Origin: Neoconidiobolus thromboides FSU 785
Lineage: Eukaryota; Fungi; Entomophthoromycota
Assembly: GCA_025603075.1 (NCBI GenBank)
Contig: MU626373.1
Location: forward strand, 1-64,000
Reading direction: 5' to 3'
DNA: 64,000 nucleotides
Within the stretch, counting starts at the first letter, position 1, and the number at the start of each line of letters is the position of its first letter. This document shows positions 1-13,054 of this stretch, in pieces. Under the pieces are notes generated by a model that was not told where the DNA came from, searched no databases, and saw only the letters and a program-made list of their open reading frames with translations. A program made the position numbers and the translations under genes.

Positions 1-430
1 TTTTTAGATTTAACCGTTATATTGGACACAAACTTGAAATTTTAAATTTGGATTAATTTCTAAGTAGATTCTGAAACCAATTAGGACAGCCCCAAATATT
101 GAGTAATATTTAATAGAATTATATAGGAAGCATTTTATATAGCAAAAGCGGATTAAATTAAATACAAGAAAATGGCTAAAGATTAAAAACTAATGTACTC
201 TTAATAACTTTTTAAATGTGAAAATTAGATATCACATTTTTATATAAACAATTTTACTAATGTAGTTGTAGTCGAATTATACTTTTAAAAGTTTTAATAC
301 AAATGAAAAAGGAGTTTTGTTTTAGTTTATAACTAAGATGGGATTATTAAAAAAGTGTAACACTTGATTTTAATTAACATTTAATATTTAATAATTAATA
401 TTTAGTTTTTACCATTTTTAATATATGAAT

Positions 431-555
431 ATATGAGGATGTCTTTGATTTCATCACCTGGAAATGTTTTTTTGGTTTCATTACTCTTTCCATTTTTAAG
501 CGCTATTTGAGCGGAAAAATTGTTAGTAAAATTTTTAAGTAAAATACATCCCAAT
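431..555 (+). mobile_element. ~105-bp MITE-like repeat, copy with duplicated left end
   Basis: Matches window consensus ATATGGGGATGTTTTTTTGATTTCATTACTTTTCCATTTTTTAAGCGCTATTTGAGTGGAAAAATTGTTAGTAAAATTCTTAAACACAAAAATACATCCTCATAT; ~19-bp imperfect TIRs; first ~25 nt tandemly repeated. Confidence 0.8.
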
Positions 556-663
556 AGTTTTAAGTTTTTGTAATTATTAAAAACTTTTTATTAATTTTAT
601 AACAACTTGATCAAAACACTTTTTTGAACAGAAAAGTTTTATAAATTATATTAAGTATGTAAA

Positions 664-1107
664 ATATCGCTTTGTTAATTCTATGATTGATATAACAATC
701 GCTTAAGCTGTGTTCTCGAGTTCAGACACAAGCAACTCTAAGCCTTTATTTTGATTTGCTATGGGAGTTTGTGTCATATAATTCTAAAGGACATTATTAT
801 CTTCCTGTTTTGATATCCATAGTTAAAGTATAAAAGAGGTTTTAGAACATAGTAACTCGGAACTTTTTAGTTGAATTATTCTCTGATGTTGTATCTTTAA
901 TAAAGCCACTAAATCTTTCTAATAGTATTTTACATAGATTTTATAGTAGTGTTGTCTATTCTATTCGTCTTACATAGTTCGTAGCCTATTACATGCTATT
1001 ATTCATAATCCAGGTCTATCTTAGTTACACATAAACTAAGACTTTTCGACTTACGACTAGTCAACCAAGAGCTGCTTTTGACTCCAACCACTGAGTACCA
1101 GGTTTCA
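664..1107 (-). repeat. ~450-bp dispersed repeat, copy 1 (probable TE relic)
   Basis: Reverse complement aligns by eye along its length with 34482-34932 (e.g. CTGGTACTCAGTG, GTCGAAA-GTCTTAGTTTATGTG, AGAAAGATTTA-TGGCTTTATTAAAG); no intact ORF. Confidence 0.75.
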
Positions 1108-1408
1108 TAAACATTTGTTTTTTAATTTTCTTTAAATAAGCCAATTTTACTACTTTTTCTATTTTTTTATTTAAATGGAAAAACTACTAGTAAAATTCTT
1201 AATAATTAATATATATAATACTATTCTGACTAATAATTAGTTAATTAATTATTTTCATAATGTTTTTATAAAAGTATTGTTTTTTAGCTATAATAATGAT
1301 AAAAAGTTGTAAGCATATATTTTTTCATTTAAGTAATAAACATTTATTAAAACATAGTATTAAGACTCCTTAACAAAACATAAAAAATAATAAACATTAG
1401 TTAATTAT

Positions 1409-1509
1409 TGGGAATGTATTTTTGTGTTTAAGAATTTCACTAACAATTTTCCTGTTCAAGTGGCGCTTAAAAGGTAGAAAAGTGATGAAGCCAAAAAAAC
1501 ACCCCATAT
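1409..1509 (-). mobile_element. MITE-like repeat copy
   Basis: Reverse-orientation match to consensus, both TIRs present (TGGGAATGTATTTTTG ... AAAAAAACACCCCATAT). Confidence 0.8.
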
Positions 1510-1524
1510 ATATAGCAATTAAAA

Positions 1525-1623
1525 GTATTATTCTTTTAATTTTATCACTTTTTTTATCTTAAGTGTTGTCTAAATCAAAAAATTACTGGTAAAGTCCTTA
1601 AATAAAGAAACTCCTTCTTATAT
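1525..1623 (+). mobile_element. Degenerate MITE-like repeat copy, divergently oriented next to the 1409-1509 copy
   Basis: TTTTATCACTTTTTT..TTAAGTGTT..AAAAAATTACTGGTAAAGTCCTTAAA..CTTATAT follows the consensus order; boundaries approximate. Confidence 0.55.
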
Positions 1624-4600
1624 TAATTAAATAACTTTTTATAACAGAAACAAATTGTTATTTTCCTAACAAAAGACAAATTTTGTATAACAGGAGCTTT
1701 GATTTCTTAAGTGATAGGATACTTATCTGGTAATGTCTTTTTAAAAATTTATTTAATAACTTGTTCAATTTCTCCTTTACATAAAAATCGATAAAGAAAT
1801 GAAACAAAAAAACATGTTCATGTTTTTTATGTTTTTTAAAAGAGTATTTGGTTATAATTTAAATAAAACTAACATATAAAAATAGGTTTTTTACTTAAAT
1901 TTTATTAAAATAAAAGTTATTCTTAGAAGGACAAATTTATAAATAATCTAACATTATTTCTCACATGAACCGAAAATTAATCAGCAATATGTAATGGGTT
2001 TATCATTTGATAATCACTTGATCAATACCTCAATCGGTCCGAATTAAATGTTCCTATTCGGTCCAATCTGTATTAGTTAATTATGTAGTCTTGTACTTTA
2101 AAACTAAAGAATAGAAATTGTGCTTCATAAACAATATATTAGCTTCCAAGTTATGTCATTTTTTGTTAAAAAAATAGTCACTCTCTGGATTAAACAAGCG
2201 ATAATATTAATTTTTAATTTTTAATTAGGCCTAGTTCAATAAATTAAAGCTACTTCAAATTATTTAATATAGCATTTACAGCTGTATAAACATAAAATAA
2301 TACAGCCATTTATTATACAACTCTAATAAAATGATTTCACTATGAGATTGTATTACATTGTAACATCAAAATTCCTTACCAAGGGATACCAGATAAGCTT
2401 AAAACTTATAAGGCTTATGTGTCAATACAACTATTATTACTTTAATATATTTTCAGGATAAATATGAAATATTTATTCTGAAGCTTCTCACCTTTATATT
2501 TACACTAAAACCCGAAACTTTAGTTCGGTTTATATTAATATGAAATTAATCTGCATAAAAAAAATTAACACTGAAATTCATTTAATAAAAATGGCTTAAA
2601 GTTTACACTACTCTAATTTTCAATACTCAATTTCCGCCTAGTAATTAGGCTATATTTCATCAGACCAAGAAAGTAGAAAGACAAAAATTTTAGGATATCT
2701 AATTTGGTTTCCATAACTTTAATTTGATAGAGTGGTATAAACTGCTACTAATATATTTATATTATTAATTTAGAAAGCGATGGAGGTAAAAAGTAGTATT
2801 AAATATATAAAATGTGGGATAGTAAAATGTTGATTATAATTACTGCCAGATGCTAGATTGTTTACATTGAACTTTATTTTTTCTATAAACAGTAACGCCT
2901 TAAAATACTTTAATTACTCATTACATGAACATAAGGGAAAAAACTATATAACATCAAGTTGAAATAATCCTTTCAAACAATTGATTATTATAAGTTATTG
3001 AGGGCATATCATAATTAGTAATATATAAGTATAAAACAAAAATCTCACTTTTTAGAAATATAAGAGATGATCAATTATTAAACTATTATTTATAAAGTAT
3101 ATAAAATGATACACTTGTGTTCATTCAAAAGAAAAGGTAATCGGATTTTAATATTTATTCAACAGAAAAACTACTAAACCCAAACTATGAATAAATAAAA
3201 CTTTTGTGGTTTACAGTTTAATTTTAGTAGCGTGAACTATAAAAAGATTTATATCAGTAGAAAAATATAGCATTTAATAAATCGAGACTAAAACATACTA
3301 TCACTTTGATTTACTTTATTTTCGCTTTATTGTATTGCTATACTACATCATACGATCATTTAAATTGAGGTAAACAAAATAAAGCCTTATTTTATAAAAG
3401 CGAATTTCTATTATCTGCTTAGATTGCTAATATACTATCAAAAGGTAGGTTTCTAAAACTGAATTTGTTTGAGACAAAAATGCTGAGATGGTCTTTTAAG
3501 AAGTAGCATAAATGTCTTATTACGACATACACCAGCTGATTTGGCCACAAGTTTCTTTATTTTAGGATAGTAGTTGCTATAGGGTTTTTAATCGATTTCC
3601 TTCAAGATAGTTAAGGTACAATTTAACAAAATTAGTAAACTTGCTTATAAATATACCCCAATACCGTTGTTAAGCTAATTGAAATCATAACACTATTTTT
3701 TTGTTAAATTACGATTTATAGCCAAAAAATAATTTTTAATAAATATTGAAAGATTAAATGACATTTAACATGTCTATTTCTACAAAATCCCTTACAGCGT
3801 TATGGTTTAAAGGGGTAGTTTATTAAAAAAGAATAAAATTGAAATTTAGATGGATCATTTTGTTTAAGGGCGTAATAGACGAAACAGGATTTCAATATCA
3901 CTTAGCATCAACCATAGTTATTTCAATATTTTATAATATATTAGTCAATTAATTCATTAAGATCATCTTATATTAATGATGACATTAAATTTAGCGATAT
4001 AATCAGCTGCTTTAGTTTACGATTACATTAAGAATAAGTACGACTTTGAATTTGAAAAACTGGAAAAAGGTTTATTACTACATATCAGTTATGGTATTAG
4101 GGAAAATGATGTTTGCATTTTGTTAGCATGCTAACAGATTTAAATACATTTAAGACTAGCATCTATATTATACTATAAGAGGGAAAGTAATAAATATTAA
4201 GTGACTATAATCATTAGAGTTTCTATTTTGATGTATTTTGAGGTTAGCAGCCCATCAATTTTTGTAAAATGTGCTATGAGATAATCAAATTTGTAATTTT
4301 ATATAAAAATCAAGCTTGATATATTTAAAAAGAGGATCAATAAATTTACTTCCATTAGTAGTTTTTCGCAAACTATTAAAACTACTTTTACGAATCTTAA
4401 GGTTATTGAAGGCCAATATTATAAACTAAGCTACTTGTAGTATCTGTTCATCCTTGGAGTTTACTATAATTTCGAAAATTAATTAAAATTATTCTTATAA
4501 ACTAAATTCAATTTATTAGCTAATAATCAAATTAAAAATATTCTTTAGCACTCATAGAATATAATATGAAGGGATAATTAGAAATTATTAGTGTACAGCA

Positions 4601-5989
4601 TATAAGTAAGGAATATGGTTTAGGGGGATATAGCAATTTTGTCAAGAAACTAAAGAACATTGCCGTCATTTATATTAAAAATAAATTTAATACTCATTCC
4701 TATTTTAAAGCCATAAATAAAATATATTATAAGTTTTCTTTAAAGTGGTTTGGTGGTGTTGAATGGTTTTTTAAGCATTTTGTCAAATTTCTAGTTAAAT
4801 TGTCAATTATGCAAAGTCTGAGTCATACAAGTAGACAGGAATGCCAAAATAAGAACAATTTGATAAAGTATTTGAAATTTGAGCCTTTAAGGAATTATGC
4901 GGGGTCACGCTGTACGAAATTTTACTTAATTAAGGAAATGTACTTAATTTTGAGAATAATATTAAGGAGAAGTTACCAACACTATGTAAATTTGTGTATT
5001 TTAATATCAAATAAGTAGTCGTATATTCCTATTGTATATTGGTATTCTTCAATAAAATTTCGCCCAAGTCAATATATTAAATTAGGGGAGTGAATTCAAA
5101 AACGGCTTAAACCATTTTTATTACTACGATAAAATATGCACTTAATATTATTATATTTTCAATTCATTTAATTAAGGATATCTATTTTAATAATAAATTA
5201 TAACTGATACTATATCTTGATTATCTGTGTTCTCGTTTGATATGAAATTAATAATACTCACATTTACACTAGACATCCTTCGTATATTATTCATTTCATT
5301 GAGGGTATTTTATAAACCTTGAACATTACCAAGCCTAATGAATGTAAACAAAGGATAATTATTTGCTTATTTTAGTTAAAAGGTTTTAAGAATTTTATAT
5401 AAATTTTATAATGTTACCTGCAAATATTCAAAGGTACGAATAAATAAACAGTATATTTTGGAAACAAACCGGAATTAAGCTCATTTTTTAAAATTAGTAA
5501 AGGTATCCAGCCTAGAACAAAATACTAAATGTTGGTTGGTTTAAAAAAGAATCCCTTATCCTTTAAATAGCCAATAATATTATTATAATTTTGAAACATT
5601 AATATCCACTGTTAATGATTGGGAGAATTATAAGCAATTTTTAAAATGATTGGCTTAACTAAGGATAAAAGCCTACTCATCTTAAGGATAGTAATATTTT
5701 GTTGAGTCCTATTATTCATATTAAGCTATAAAAAGGTGCTTTAGTCGCCTGACCAGCAATATTTTTAAAACCAAAAAATTCGATTTTCATTCCTTAATTA
5801 AATTGAATATTCTTTGAAACAATATAATATATTCATTAACCTTCTGCAATTTTAGAATATCCATTGTCTTTTCATATATTGTTTGACTTTTTTCATTTGA
5901 GTGCTATAGTGTACTTATTTACTTTTTAATACATAATTTATTTTTTTGGGTAGAACCCTTTCTGTTAACAGCTTTAATAATAATCAAAA

Positions 5990-7192
5990 ATGAATCATAA
6001 TTTCCCTAACGGACGTAGTATGTCAGGAGATAACATAAATGCACCAAATGATCCTAATTTCTACAACTATGGTAATTTTCCACCATACATGCAACAAGGT
6101 CAGCAAGCAATGGGACCACAAGTTGCAGGTAATGGACAAGCAATCCCACACCATTATCAGCAACACCACCAACAACACCATCCTCATCATCAAAGACGTT
6201 TGTCACTACACTCTGGATCTATGCCTAATATGGTAGCTCCTTTTTCCAACTCATTAAAGAATGAACCCATGTTTGATAACCATGGTCCAGATGGTGATGG
6301 TATTGGAGTTACAACATCTTCTATGGTTGCTCCTATAAATATTAATCGTCATCGCCCACCCCGTTTTAATAACTGGGACGACCCAAATTTGTACGGAATT
6401 CGAGAACCATCATTGAATAATTCACCACACAACATTATATCCCCTATTTCAGAAGATTTTAATTATGATTCTAATGAAAGCGACCCTTCTTTGTCCGCGA
6501 GTTTCGGTGCAAACTCCCATCCCCACGCCCATCCCCTTTCAAATCCAAGAATGGTAAATCGACATCATGCAAATAGCTTCAGCAATGATAATATAGATCA
6601 ATACATCAATTTTGCATCAAATCCTCCCAACCAAGGACATTATTCTATGTCTTTACCAAATCAAGCTTCTCAAAACTCTGGGTGGTATAATCATGGAGTA
6701 AATCCAGATGGGCCACACTCAACTTCAAGATCTGCTAGAGGCTCAGTTGGGCTAGACCCCGATCATCTCGCGAAACAGTAAGTTGATTTTAGTTATTTGT
6801 ATTCGGTATCTAAATTTTAATTAGTGACATAATAATGATGGAAAAACGTCGTCGCCGCAGAGAATCTCATAATGCTGGTAATTATAATCAAAAATTTAAA
6901 AAAAATAGTTGCTCATTTATTTTTTGTAGTTGAAAGACGTCGTCGTGATAACATCAATGAGAAAATTCAAGAGCTTAGTACTCTTCTCCCAAGCTCTTTA
7001 ATTGATAATTCCAAGAGTAACAAAGGACAAATTTTACGTAAATCAGTGGACTACATTCGCCAGCTTCAAACTCTTATTAGCCAAAAGCAAGCTGAAGGGG
7101 AATTTACTGATTTGGACCTTTTACCTAAAGTTCAAGGTTTAGGTAGTATTGATGAAGACGGTTACACCCAAAACCAAAGCCATTCACAATAA
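5990..7192 (+). CDS. bHLH transcription factor, Rtg3/MiT-TFE-like; exons 5990-6777, 6825-6877, 6930-7192
   Basis: Spliced product reads [33 protein letters not shown]...[17 protein letters not shown] (bHLH basic region, helix 1, helix 2); Q/H/N/P-rich N-terminus; GT-AG introns keep the frame. Confidence 0.9.
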
Positions 7193-7974
7193 GTTGTGTC
7201 TTTTACCATCAATATTCACGTCCAGCACTTGGCCCAACCATTTGATTTTTGAATATAATTTTATAAGTTTTGTATTGATCCATGCCTATAATTATTTGCC
7301 TTTAATATTAATACTCTGCAGATATTGCTAATTTTTGACCCCTATCTCCAACTGTTTAATTATCCCTTATTAAGCTTTCTATACCTTGAATAAGATCTTT
7401 TTGTGTATAAAAAACCTTTACCTTTAAACATTTTAGCTTGTATTTTTTGATATTATTTTCTCACACAATAATATCTCCACTTTTTCGGTTTTACAATAGT
7501 AATTAAAATTCCTTATTCTAAACGCACTTAGTAATGTAATGTGATTTCAGTTACTATGGCATTAATAAAAACTTTAAATTGAGCTGTATTTTGTGCTTTA
7601 TTGGCTATTTTCTATAAGCGAAACTCTCCTTTATAGATTTATTAGGGATGAAGTACTAATACAAAAAAATTATTTTCCAAAAAAAAAAACTATTACTTTA
7701 TATTCTAATTTATTCAGATATAAGAAATTCATTTTTTATTTATTGTATTTGTTTATACTTGTAGCAAATGTATTCCTTAGCTTAATATTAAATATAAAGT
7801 AATTTGAATCTGGCTTATAACCTGAATTTATAGAATAATTATTTACATTATTACTTGTAATTCATACTAAGCCTGATATTTACTTAAGATTTAAAATTAA
7901 GCCCAATGTTGTTAGTAATAGTTTTTCATTCAAGTACGCCATTTAAGCTGGGCCTTAACATAATAAATTAAATT

Positions 7975-8355
7975 TTAATTTATAAAATCTAATATTGCAT
8001 TACCATTTTTAACCTTAAATTCTTGAACATTTAAATAGTCAAGTTTTATTAGCTTTTTAAATACTTCAATATTAATTGTAGAAGTTGAAGTGATAGTTAC
8101 TAAGCTCCTAACAAGGGAGATAGGTATATTACTATAGCTCAGGAGCTCCTTAGTGATGGGGTCAAAAGCTTTGCAAACAATTTGAAGAATATGGAGCCCT
8201 TGCTTAAAATATATTAGTCGAAAATATTTAAACCTAAATTCAAGACTGCTAACTTTTGGCCAATGTAGGGTCGTTAATTCAGTGTACTTGCGTAGCGAAT
8301 ATACTAAAACTATTATTCTATTAGGATTATTATGGTTAACTGTTTGATATACCAA
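7975..8355 (-). other. Orphan 126-codon ORF, possibly a decayed gene or TE fragment
   Basis: Open frame unusually long for this AT content, but no recognisable motif; flanks are coding-like but interrupted by stops. Confidence 0.2.
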
Positions 8356-8562
8356 TATAGTATCGTTACCCCTCCCAAATTTTTTATCAGTGCTTACATC
8401 GCTATTGGTTCATAAGACTATAGCCACTTTATATAATTTATCAGTTAGACTATGATAATATTTCTATTTTTAATAAGACTAGTTTCTTATAAAACAATTG
8501 TAAATACCATTTTTTTTAAAACTAAATTAAATTATTGATAATTATACTCTTTATAATAAAAC

Positions 8563-8652
8563 ATATGGGGATGTTTCTTTTGATTTTATCACTTTTTCCA
8601 TTTTTCAAGTACTATTTGAGTAGGCTAATTAATAAAATTTTTAAACAAAAAA
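8563..8652 (+). mobile_element. MITE-like repeat copy, right end truncated
   Basis: ATATGGGGATGTTTCTTTTGATTTTATCACTTTTTCCATTTTTCAAGTACTATTTGAG. Confidence 0.75.
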
Positions 8653-9183
8653 AGCAAGTTGAATACAAATGGTTATTTTTTATAGAGTAAAAAATTAATA
8701 TCAATAATTATATTTCGCACTGAGTTTCTAAGTACATTTAAATAAATATTAGTTTTTTCTTAACTCAAATATAAGTAATATTAATATACAAATAAATCAG
8801 TTGTTAATACTATAGTTAAATTTGTTTTTTAATTAATAAATTAATAACAAATATTTGTATAATCTTTCAAATTTTTAGCAAACTTTTACCCATTAGCTGC
8901 TGCAAAAAAATCAAGAGTCTTTATCATCTGTTCTGGTTCAAAGGGGACCCCTTTGAGTAAGGATAACTTCAATCATCGAATACTCACATATTATTCTTAC
9001 ATTTGTCTTCTTTTTCTAATATCTGACTGTTCCATTTAAGCTTTCTCTAAAAAACAAAATAATGTGACTAGGTATATTGTCAACGATATAACTAATCAAA
9101 AGATATATGCTAAGTTGTAGAATAAGCACAAAGAATCCTTGCTATTCTTAAAGCTTTGCTATAATATTAACATAAGAATATAA

Positions 9184-9288
9184 ATATGGGAATATCTTTT
9201 TGTTCTATCATTTAGTCCATTTTTTTATATAATGTTAAAGTTGCACGACTTTTTAACAAAGTTTAACAAAAAAGATATCACCGCATAT
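9184..9288 (+). mobile_element. Highly degenerate MITE-like copy
   Basis: Left end ATATGGGAATATCTTTTTG..TCCATTTTTT and right end AAAAAAGATATCACCGCATAT, 105 bp apart. Confidence 0.45.
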
Positions 9289-9526
9289 ATTTATTAGTCT
9301 AAGCATGACAATCCATTAACTATCATAAAATAAATCTTACAATTTACTTATTTTTTCATGTAAACATATTTAAATAACATTTCGAAATCAGAAAATAGTT
9401 AATTGCTTGTACTTAAATTTACTTACTATATCATAGGGTTTATAAATGACATATTGCGAATAATATCAATGGTAACTTAAAACTTATTGTTTATTATTTA
9501 CTTTTTTCCATTTTTCTAAATTGTGA

Positions 9527-10097
9527 TTATAACTTTGGGTCTATTTTTTTACGATACTCTTCTTGCTTGCTTTCGATATCTGTCCAAAAGGCGTTGATGT
9601 CAACGAGATCAAATTTACGTGGACGAGGAAGATTATGGTCTGAGGGTAACTTGACGTTTGATTCATGAGTAATGCCTACGTATCTTCTTTCTCTGTTTTT
9701 GTCATCTTTTACTCGGTAATATTTTACAAACCCTGGTAGCAGAGCAAATAATGTGTGGTCTCTGCCCATACCGACCTAAATTAAATTTAATAAATTTTCT
9801 TTCACTTTCTGCTAGAAAATTACGTTTTCTCCTGGGAACAATTTGGTACCTCTTTGGCGGAACAATATGTTACCTGCTTTAACTAATTGGCCTAAAGATT
9901 TGTTTAGATTTATTGATACTTTTAGTTCTTAAAAAATAAATACCATCAAATCTTTTTGCTCCTAATCTTCTACCAGCTGAATCACGTCCATTTTTAGTCG
10001 AACCTCCTGATTTCTTAGTTGCATGTCGTACTTGATTTAATAAAAAGTTGTTTATATTATTAAATCCCTTGATTCCAGTACTTATTAAATTGAGCAT
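9527..10097 (-). CDS. MRPL27: Mitochondrial ribosomal protein bL27m (3 exons)
   Basis: [63 protein letters not shown]; presequence-like N-terminus; two GT-AG introns. Confidence 0.93.
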
Positions 10098-11285
10098 TTT
10101 CTATTTTTTTATTAAGCCTTTTTTAATTTTAAATTTGATATTTTAATGTTCAAATATTATGGGAGTTTTTTGTTAGAACTTAAATTAAGGTCAATTTATG
10201 CAGCAAAAACCAAATAGCTGCAATTTAATAAATGGGGTAAAGTTGTAAATTTAATATATTTTGTATATAGAAGTAGTCGTATAGAGGCAATCATTTAAGC
10301 TAGTTAGAAGTAGAGTATTCATTTTAATCTATATGGAATGATTTTATTGGCAATTTATTCATAATTTAAGATAATTATTAAATCCAAGTAGTTTTTAATA
10401 TACTTCCATATGAGAAATGATAGGGATTTATATAATTTACTTTTTAACAGTTAATCTCAGTATACAGGCTATTGCAACTCTTTTGAGGGCCAACTAACTG
10501 CTCATTTAAGAGAGAAATTTATGTCATATTCAGTTAATTATAAGGACTAGGCTTTAAGAAATTGGTTGTAGAATAGTTTGGCTACAAAACCTACCATCAT
10601 AAAAGTTGGAAAAGAGCTGTAATAGCTGTATAAAGTGCTGTTTAAAGTTTAAAGTTTAAAATCCTCATAGGTTTAATAAGGTTTGGATTATAAGAACATT
10701 GTAAAACCCCCTTGTAAATAAAAACTCAACTTAAGAATTAAATGAAATAATAAGTCTAGAGCGGAATTATAGCAATAATAATCTACTACCAGCAAGTAAT
10801 TTTAGTAATGATAATAAATCTCAAAGAGTTTTAAATTAAATTCGAAAATAGAATTAATTTTCAGTTAAGCCACAAATAAAATAGAGCTTTGGGGTAAGCT
10901 TATAATTTCCAAATAAATGCAGCTAAAAGGAGCCGTGTTCTAACTATCAAATCAGAGCGGTCCAATAGATTAAGCATTTTAACTTGTATCCGCTAATTAC
11001 GAGTTTAAGCTAAAAGTTTCAACTTAAAAGTGAGATGAATTCATTGCCATCTTTGATTAAATCAGTAAACAAAATTAAACCCAAAGATGTCCAATCAATA
11101 TGATCAAATGTGTGAATCCAACCAATAACAGCATAGTAGGGTAAGTTGAATTTTGAAATATTCAAAACGTTAAAAAAAAGAATAGACATAGATTTTGAAT
11201 TGAATTGGGGTTAACTTTACAATTATTTAATATAATTCAACTTTAGAAGTTAGTTTATATAAAAAAGGATAATAGAAATATTGAT

Positions 11286-12261
11286 ATGCATTCTTTACTT
11301 GAAGCTAAAGTGGTTGTTCTTGGAAGTCAAGGTACTCTTTTTTCATAATAAACTTATTTTTCCGCTTTCTAATTTTACAATTATTATTTTCTTAGGAGTT
11401 GGTAAATCTTCTCTAGTTTTAAGATATGTTCAAAGAACTTTTTCACCTAATTGCCCTTCTACAATTGGTGCCGCATTTTCTATAACAAAGATGTATTTTT
11501 TATTGTTTTTAATTTTTTATGATATTTACATTTCAAAATTAGTGTGGTTGATGGTTGTAAAGTTCGTCTACAGATTTGGGATACCGCTGGGCAAGAAAGA
11601 TTTAGATCTATGGTAAATTATTCCCATTATTAAGTTTTCGCAATAACTCACTTCATTTAGGCGCCGATGTATTACCGCGGAGTATGTTTTGAAAAGTTGA
11701 TAATTTATTTTTAATTAATCTTGAATCTAGGCTACAGCTGCCATCTTGGTATATGATATAACTTCAGAGGAAAGTTTTAATGATATGAATAGATGGTTAG
11801 ATGGTAAATAATATGTTATTGTTTAGTTATTTTTTATAATTTCAATAGAACTTAAAAGAAACATGTCGGAAGATCTTAGTAAGTTTCATTATAAGCTTTA
11901 ATGAATATAGTTAATCATTGTTAGTCATTCATATCGTGGGCAATAAAATGGATTTAGCAGAAGAAGGGCGTGAAGTATCGCTTTCAAAAGTGTATGATTA
12001 TGTAAGGAATGAACTTCAAGCACAATATAAGATACATGAAGTTTCAGCAAAAGAGGATCAAGGTAAATTAAATGTGTTAAGCTTATTGAACGCTATCTAA
12101 TTTGACTTTTAGGCGTAGATAAGTTGTTTTTAGAATTAACTCAAGAATTAGTTGAACATAAAAATAGGATTGAAAGTAATCAACAAGCCAAAGCAAGTGG
12201 AAAAATTAATGTTAATCCAAGTACACAATCTCAAACCACAACCAACTCTTGTTGCATTTAA
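11286..12261 (+). CDS. Rab5-group small GTPase (Rab5/21/22-like), multi-exon
   Basis: Spliced motifs [47 protein letters not shown]; C-terminal SCCI prenylation motif. Confidence 0.9.
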
Positions 12262-13054
12262 TTTATATTAATTTAATTTATTTATTATTAATTGCAAACC
12301 AGTCTTATCTTTTATAAATGTGTTAGTTTTTTATAGGAAGGTCTCTTTCATTCCCTAGAGCTAACTAAATAATGTTGGTAACGTCAAGGTTCTCACTTTT
12401 CTTAGAAGATATCAGCCCTATTATTTTTTGCACGTTATTGTTTAAAATTTATTTTTAATATTGAAGTTACATTTCTATTTCATAATTTCATTCTAAAGCT
12501 TGATTTAATTTCCAAAAGCTGGTCCTTTTTACATTAAATAGTCTAATTTTTAATTATTGTTTATTACTATTTTGATATAGCCATTAGTAAATGAGTATAT
12601 TATAGTTTGATTTGTAAAAACTAATAAAAAATAAATTTATAGAGCTTACTTTTGTATATTATTTTATTTCATAACATTACAAAACTACTAGTATTCAATT
12701 AAACATGAAACATAAATGCTAGTTATTCTTTAGTGACTTAAAGGTATTCATTCTTAAGAACAAAAGATTTCAATTTCATAACCTATTCCAGTTTATCTTG
12801 GTAAGATTTCAATTTCATTTTTTATAAAAATGGAATCAAAATTTAAATGGTTTTTTTCTGACCTTATTTTTTCGCAATAAAGAAGCTAATTTTAGCACCC
12901 AATTAAATTCATTTTAGTTTTGCAAAATAAATCAAGCTGTATCTTTCTTTTCAAATAATCTATTCTAAAGAGTAATAATTAATAAAGTTAAAATCAATTG
13001 TATTAAAATGTGTATAAAAGTTTTAGAGTTGAACTTTAAAAAGTTAATTTGAAG

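Noticed and set aside
4121-4136. Perfect 16-bp palindrome TGTTAGCATGCTAACA
   Set aside because: About one such palindrome is expected by chance in 64 kb; single copy, no context.
4436-4449. TGTAGTATCTGTTC, identical to the U2 snRNA branch-point-pairing region, with CTAAG just upstream
   Set aside because: The flanks lack U2 stem I spacing, stem IIa and an Sm site; at best a tiny relic, more likely chance.
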